This document shows, in pieces, positions 8,751 through 13,959 of a stretch of 13,959 bases of DNA (within the stretch, counting starts at the first letter, position 1; every line of letters begins with the position of its first letter). The notes beneath the pieces are model-generated. The model made no database searches. It saw only the letters and a list, made by a program, of their open reading frames with translations, and had not been told where the DNA came from. The translations under genes were made by a program, and so were the position numbers. Location of the stretch: the NCBI RefSeq assembly GCF_006345805.1, contig NW_021825938.1, positions 1 through 13,959 on the forward strand, written 5' to 3'. Origin of the DNA: Octopus sinensis. Its lineage: Eukaryota.

Positions 8751-9268
8751 TTAGTAGTAACTAGCAAATGACCTTCAAAAGGCACACCTTAATTTGTCCA
8801 ATCGGAGCATTTATTTACTGGGAGTGCTTAGTGGGTGAAAAAAAGTAGCTAGCGCTATCACCAACATTTGTATGAAACAAACATACTATATCTGCAAAGT
8901 GTCTATGCAAAGAAAATATGCCTATATTTCATTACGGTAAGAATCTAGGACATCTAGATGCTTCTGTGACTATTATTCTCTTATTCCATCTATGGAGAAA
9001 GGACGTCTTCTCAGAAAACATCATCATAACTGACAGTCGGCCACTAAGTGTTGATTACAGAACAAAGAAAGATGAAGAAAAATGAGTGACTGCTTATATA
9101 TACTATCGACAAAAAGTTATACGTCAATGTGGTTGCGAAATATCTACAGAAATTTACTAACATGTATATGAAGCTAGACACTTAGTAATACGTTTTATCG
9201 ACTTGTGTGTTTATACATACATACATTTATATATATATATATATACACAGGGTGCGGCGATTAAATTG

Positions 9269-9577
9269 TTCCCTCCACAAGAATTTGAAGAGGAGGCGCT
9301 CCAACTAGGCGAGGCGCGAACAGAGGCAAGGCATGACGGTCATGCGGTAGTACATGACGGACGCGATTTACGAATTAGCCAACTGCGCCCGACCTTTCAG
9401 TGACTGCTTCCTAGCTGCCCGTTTCTGGGTGAGACTAGCTACTCTGCTCGTCACCTAGTCCGAATTCTTATCCACCTGTTGGTCTGGTCCGAACCAAACA
9501 CCAAGGAACGCTCTTAGACGGCATGGACTTGCCTCTCCAGGTACCGAGCTGCAAGTTCACTGAATTTTCTGGGTTAA
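9269..9577 (-). pseudogene. Degenerate non-LTR retrotransposon ORF2 fragment (end of RT/thumb region, L1/Tx1-like)
   Basis: Manual minus-strand translation gives NPENSVNLQLGTWRGKSMPS, then after a frameshift LGVWFGPDQQVDKNSD*VTSRVASLTQKRAARKQSLKGRAQLANS*IASVMYYRMTVMPCLCSRLA*LERLLFKFLWR. This fits the L1/Tx1 pattern N..KS / LGV / LSL.GR / FLW. Confidence 0.8.
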
Positions 9578-9580
9578 GGC

Positions 9581-10042
9581 CTGATCTGGAGAAATATCTC
9601 CAGGTCAAACCTGGACCAGTCCTCTTTGGCAGTTTTTGTCACCTCTATCGGGATGGTATCTGACCCTTGCTCGATTACACAGCCAGAAGCCACCACATAT
9701 CAAGTGCTGTTAGAATCCTGGGAATGCGGACACGTGCTGTTCTTTTTCCCATAAGTGAGGGGTACATAGTGACCTTGCTGGTTTTGCAAGGGGTCATTGA
9801 CTGCTTCATAGGGAGGGATTCTGACTTAAAAAGTACTGAAATGGTGTCGTATTGTCTACCATCACTATGAACCCAGTGTCATCCCTGATACATCTCAGCG
9901 CAGCTTCAATATCTGCTTGTGCTATTAAAGCTGCTTTCTTCGTCACTCCTGAGATGCATCTGAAATGTACCGTTCTTCTCTCCATTGCTTCAATAATTTC
10001 TGCCGGGATAGTTAGGTTGGACCAAGTTTGCTCGTGGTTCAT
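9581..10042 (-). pseudogene. Probable degenerate ORF1 fragment of the same LINE
   Basis: ORF 9806-10042 (EIIEAMERRTVHFR...) continues after a frameshift as GRQYDTISVLFKSE...YPSLMGKRTARVRIPRI...WWLLAV* and then IPIEVTKTAKEDWSRFDLEIFLQI. It lies on the same strand directly upstream of the ORF2 fragment. The ORF1 identity is recalled resemblance plus position only. Confidence 0.55.
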
Positions 10043-10109
10043 GTGTTTCTAGGTTTCGGTCAACTTTTCATTTTTGTTTGTGAGGTCTAGGCTGAATCAT
10101 GATCCCATT

Positions 10110-10403
10110 ATGGCTGCTGCTGCAGTGAAAGTGTTTTTGTTGTTGTTGGTGATATTGGTATCATTGTTGCTGTTGTTGTTGATGATGATGATGTGGAGTT
10201 GCTGTTGCTGCTATTGCTGCTATTTCTGTTGCGGTTATTGTTTTGGTTGGTGTTGTTGACAACTTTGCTATCGTTGTTGTTGTTGCCATCACTGCTGCTG
10301 CTGCCGTTGCTGTCTCTCGTATTGTTGATTATGCTGCCACTACTACTGCTGCTGCTGACACTGGTGGTAGCGGTGCAGATGGCAGTTTTCACTTATGCTG
10401 CTG
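10110..10403. repeat. Degenerate (GTT/GCT/GAT)n trinucleotide region, possibly the low-complexity 5' part of the LINE relic
   Basis: Directly visible; CAA/CAG-rich on the minus strand, just upstream of the putative ORF1. Confidence 0.8.
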
Positions 10404-10483
10404 ATATTTGAAATTTTCATTGTTCCTACGGGGTGGAAAGAAACAAGGGAAATTCATTTTCATACGTTTCACGTGCGATAGAC

Positions 10484-10566
10484 GAATAATAATAATAATA
10501 ATTATAATAATAATAATAATAATAACAATAATAATAATAATAATAATGATGATGATGATGATGATG

Positions 10567-10618
<52 letters not shown>
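10484..10618. repeat. (AAT)n with a (GAT)n insert
   Basis: Directly visible. Confidence 0.97.
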
Positions 10619-10735
10619 GTATCTGTGAATTTGCACGTGTAATCTGGGAATGCATGCAATGCCCTTCTCTGCTCTAGGTGTATGGAAAACGCTCGGCGAG
10701 AAACGGAAGAAAATTTGAAGAGAGAAGGAAAAAAC

Positions 10736-10736
<1 letters not shown>

Positions 10737-10778
<42 letters not shown>

Positions 10779-10788
10779 CAACAACAAC

Positions 10789-10863
<75 letters not shown>
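10737..10863. repeat. (AAT)n with an (AAC)n insert; left flank of the Dong-like element
   Basis: Directly visible. Confidence 0.97.
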
Positions 10864-10864
<1 letters not shown>

Positions 10865-10865
<1 letters not shown>

Positions 10866-11960
10866 AACTAATAAGAAGAACTAGGACAGAAGAACTAGGA
10901 AAAAATCAATATGAATGGAGGACTCCACCCAAGGGCAGGAGTAGCAAGATTATACTTACCTAGAATGGTAGGTAGAAGAGGGTTAATGTCAGTAGAGGAC
11001 TGCGTGAAGTTAGGTAGAGTAGATATAGACTCTTATGTAGGTAATAGTGAAGAAAGTTTATTAAAATCTGCTAGAGTCACAACAAGACATATGGAAACCA
11101 AAAACCCAAACGAAGTTAAAAACCAGAAAAAAGAAAATAAATTATCTGACTGGCAAGAGACGGCGTTGCATGGTAGATTCCCAAAGATAGTTGCAATAAA
11201 TAGCCGCAGTGAGACATGGTTATGATTGCAGAAAGAAAGCTGAAAAAGGAGACAAATTTTATTAGCAGCTGCACAAGATCAAGCATTAAGAACTAATTGG
11301 ATAAAAGTTAAAAGCGACAAAAACCAAGAAAATTTCCAGTGTAGCTTATGCAAATTAAAAGAGGAAAGCGTTACTCATACAGCCAGTGAAAGTAGTATGC
11401 TGGCACAAAAAGAACACAAGAAAAGACATGACAACCTAGGGAGAGTAATCCAAAGGGTGTTACGTAGAAAGCTAGGATTTTAACAAACCAATAAATGGTT
11501 TGAACATGAACCTAGTAATGTCCTAGAAAGTAAAAAATACAAAATGATGTGGGACTGACAGATTAATAGAAGCTAGAAGGCCTGATTTAGTAGATGTAGA
11601 TAAAGACAAGATAAATTGCCATATAATTGATTTTACAGTCCCAAATGATTAAAAATCAAAATGAGAGTTATGGAAAAACAGCAAAGTACCAGGACCTAGC
11701 GATTGGGCTACAGAGACTATGGAAAATAGTGCGAGTAAAATATATCCCAGTTGTTATAGGTGCATTGAGAACTATCACTAAAGATCTGAACAGATGGATA
11801 GAGAAAACAGGCTTAAAACCCAGCTTAGTACACCTGCAGAAAACAGTGTTATTAGGGACAGCTAGAATACTTAGGAGGGTTCTTGGCATCTAAGGTTACT
11901 TGTGGCCCGCTGTTAGGATTTTTCTTTTCCAACAGTCTAATCTGTTGTGTGTATATGAAA
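10865..11960 (+). mobile_element. 5'-truncated, inactive R4/Dong-clade non-LTR retrotransposon (post-RT region, zinc knuckle, restriction-like endonuclease, short 3' UTR)
   Basis: Translation across frameshifts gives GLHPRAGVARLYLPRMVGRRGL, LHGRF, AAQDQALRT, CSLC-x8-H-x4-(S replacing C) from 11340, KRHDN, RRPDLV (11575-11592), IIDFTVP, EKTAKYQDL, IPVVIGAL and LQKTVLLGTARILRRVL with the stop at 11893. (AAT)n arrays lie on both sides. Confidence 0.9.
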
Positions 11961-12010
11961 ATAACAACAACAACAACAATATTAATAATAATAATAATAA
12001 TAATAATAAT
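11961..12010. repeat. (AAC)n/(AAT)n; right flank of the Dong-like element
   Basis: Directly visible. Confidence 0.93.
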
Positions 12011-12021
12011 GAAAGAAATAA

Positions 12022-12419
12022 GTGATTTCAAATTTAGGCACAAGGTCAGCTATTTCTGGGAGGGGGTAAGTCAATTGCATCGACCCCACTATTCAACTGG
12101 TATTTAATTTATCGACCCCGAAAGGATGAAAAGCAAAGTCCACCTAAGCAGAATTTGAAATGTAAACGTAGCGACAGGCGAAATACCTATTTCTTTATTA
12201 TCCACAAGGGGCTAAACACAGAGGGGACAAACAAGGACAGACATAGGTATTAAGTCGATTACATCGACCCCAGTGCGTAACTGGTACTTAATTTATCGAC
12301 CCCGAAAGGATGAAAGGCAAAGTCGACCTCGGCGGAATTTGAACTCACAACGTAACGCAGACGAAATACCGCTGAACATTTCGTCCAGCGTGCCAACAAT
12401 TCTGCTAGCTCACCACCTT
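12022..12419 (-). mobile_element. Dimeric SINE family A: a full monomer (12419-12189) followed by a head-truncated monomer with the alternative tail
   Basis: Two copies of the reverse-complement core ATCGACCCCGAAAGGATGAAA (about 12111 and 12295). The minus-strand head AAGGTGGTGAGCTAGCAGAA starts at 12419. Confidence 0.85.
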
Positions 12420-12789
12420 AACAAGAACAGCAGCAGCAGCAGCAGCAACAACAACAACAACGATAATAATAATAACAATAACAATATATACATATGTGTC
12501 TAGGAGATAGTGTGATAGTGTGTGTATATTCGTGCGCGTGTGTTTCATGTGCACGCCTCTGCCTGTGCGTGTGGGTGCGCGCGTGTGTGTTTCTATGTGT
12601 ATGTATTGTGATTTATGCCTATTAAATGTTATCTATTTACAGCTAGATCGACTGGACACGCATGTGTCATACATCTTATGACAAGCATACAAAACGCTGT
12701 AGAACTCGGTACAAAACATTTCGAAATATCAGACACAAAACAATACATTTCTCACATCTGTGTTGTTGCGTATATGTCAACGTGTAGTA

Positions 12790-13007
12790 GGTATATATGT
12801 AGAGGTATATGTATGTATATATATATATATATATTATATATATAATAGTATATATAGATATATATATATATTATATATATATTATATATAATGTAGGTAG
12901 ATAGATAGATCGATATATAGATAGGTAGATATAGATGCGGATATATGGATAGATAGATACACATATACATATGTATACTTACATATATATGTATATATAT
13001 AAATATT

Positions 13008-13041
<34 letters not shown>

Positions 13042-13620
13042 CGCATACATACATACATATATGCTTAAATGTATATGCATGTATGTATGAATGTGTGTCA
13101 ATGTGAGTATGGGTAAGGTATCTGTGTGCGTATGAATTAATTGTGTTTACTCACACAGGTATGTATGTATGTATGTATTGCCTGATTATATATTCATACG
13201 TATATCTATCTATATATACATCAGCAGATATGTCTCTCGCTATACATAATTTTGTGTGTGTTTGATTGTGTCTGTGTGTGTTTGTGTGTGCGAGTGTGTA
13301 TGTGTGTATGGTCGTACTGCTATATATGCACACATTTATACTTGCACACAAACAACTTTTATTGACAACCATACAAATCGCCACTAATGAGGAAGTGGAA
13401 TACAGAAATAAGGAAACTTCAATTAACACAATCACACACACAGACACACACTCACGCACACAAGCACACACACTCACGCACGCACATACACACGTGCACT
13501 CCCGCAAACACAACACGCACACACACAGACGCACACGCACAGTCGTATTCAAGCGCACTCCTGGCACACACACATATGTGCGCTCTTACATGTACCACCA
13601 AACACATTCACAGATGCTTA
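12790..13620. repeat. Degenerate (TA)/(GATA)/(TG)/(CA) microsatellite-rich region
   Basis: Directly visible, with short unique interruptions. Confidence 0.85.
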
Positions 13621-13829
13621 CACAATCATTTCTTGTACTTTAGCTGTCCTTAGCCTTCGCTTCCGATGACCATTCCATTGAGAATCCATTTTTATTTTCT
13701 CTATCGTTGACATCTCGGCTTGCATCCGGGGATTCACACTGATATTCCAACTTAATTGAGCGAACCTTCTTTTGTGTGGTTGGCAGTGTGTGACCGGCCT
13801 TATTATCGTCATTATATAGATACATGCAA

Positions 13830-13955
13830 CCATACACACACATATACATTGGCACACACTCAAACAAACACACACACACACACACACACAAACGTATGCA
13901 AACATATTTGTATACATGTGTGTGTGTGTGCACCTCTCTCTCAATTTATATATAT
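13830..13955. repeat. (CA)/(TG)/(TA) low-complexity tract
   Basis: Directly visible. Confidence 0.85.
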
Positions 13956-13959
13956 AAAC

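Noticed and set aside
8770-9200. Non-repetitive stretch with a possible GTAAGA donor near 8937
   Set aside because: No recognisable reading frame or paired acceptor, so it cannot be supported as an exon.
9243-9270. CAGGGTGCGGCGATTAAATTG next to (TA)n, resembling a Tc1/mariner TIR start
   Set aside because: It is under 30 bp, and I found no partner TIR or transposase in the window.
10405-10735. Two unique islands between (AAT)n arrays, each containing a CACGTG E-box
   Set aside because: Hexamer matches alone are insufficient evidence of regulatory function.
13618-13944. Minus-strand ORFs of 97-108 aa with a unique central part
   Set aside because: They start inside (TG)/(CA) repeats and show no recognisable domain or clear splice sites.

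Overview
This is non-genic, repeat-dominated animal DNA, most likely octopus/coleoid cephalopod. That assignment rests on my recognition of the tRNA-derived SINE families and the very high microsatellite load, not on a search. No intact host protein-coding gene is supported; nearly all ORF-track entries are translations of microsatellites or SINEs. Contents from left to right: a head-to-tail SINE cluster (1-778); three non-autonomous Helitron-like elements, two forming a ~955-bp palindrome (1527-2871); a triply nested SINE with a ~25-bp TSD, part of which is duplicated as a ~645-bp inverted repeat (3394-5288); two minimal type I hammerhead-ribozyme motifs embedded in microsatellites, one degenerate (5784-5842) and one with an intact core inside a 28-bp perfect inverted repeat resembling a Penelope-like pLTR (8178-8447); an internally deleted Tx1/L1-like LINE relic on the minus strand (9269-10042); a 5'-truncated R4/Dong-type RLE retrotransposon inside a (TAA)n array (10865-11960); and a dimeric SINE (12022-12419). 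All family assignments come from reading motifs by eye and need database confirmation.
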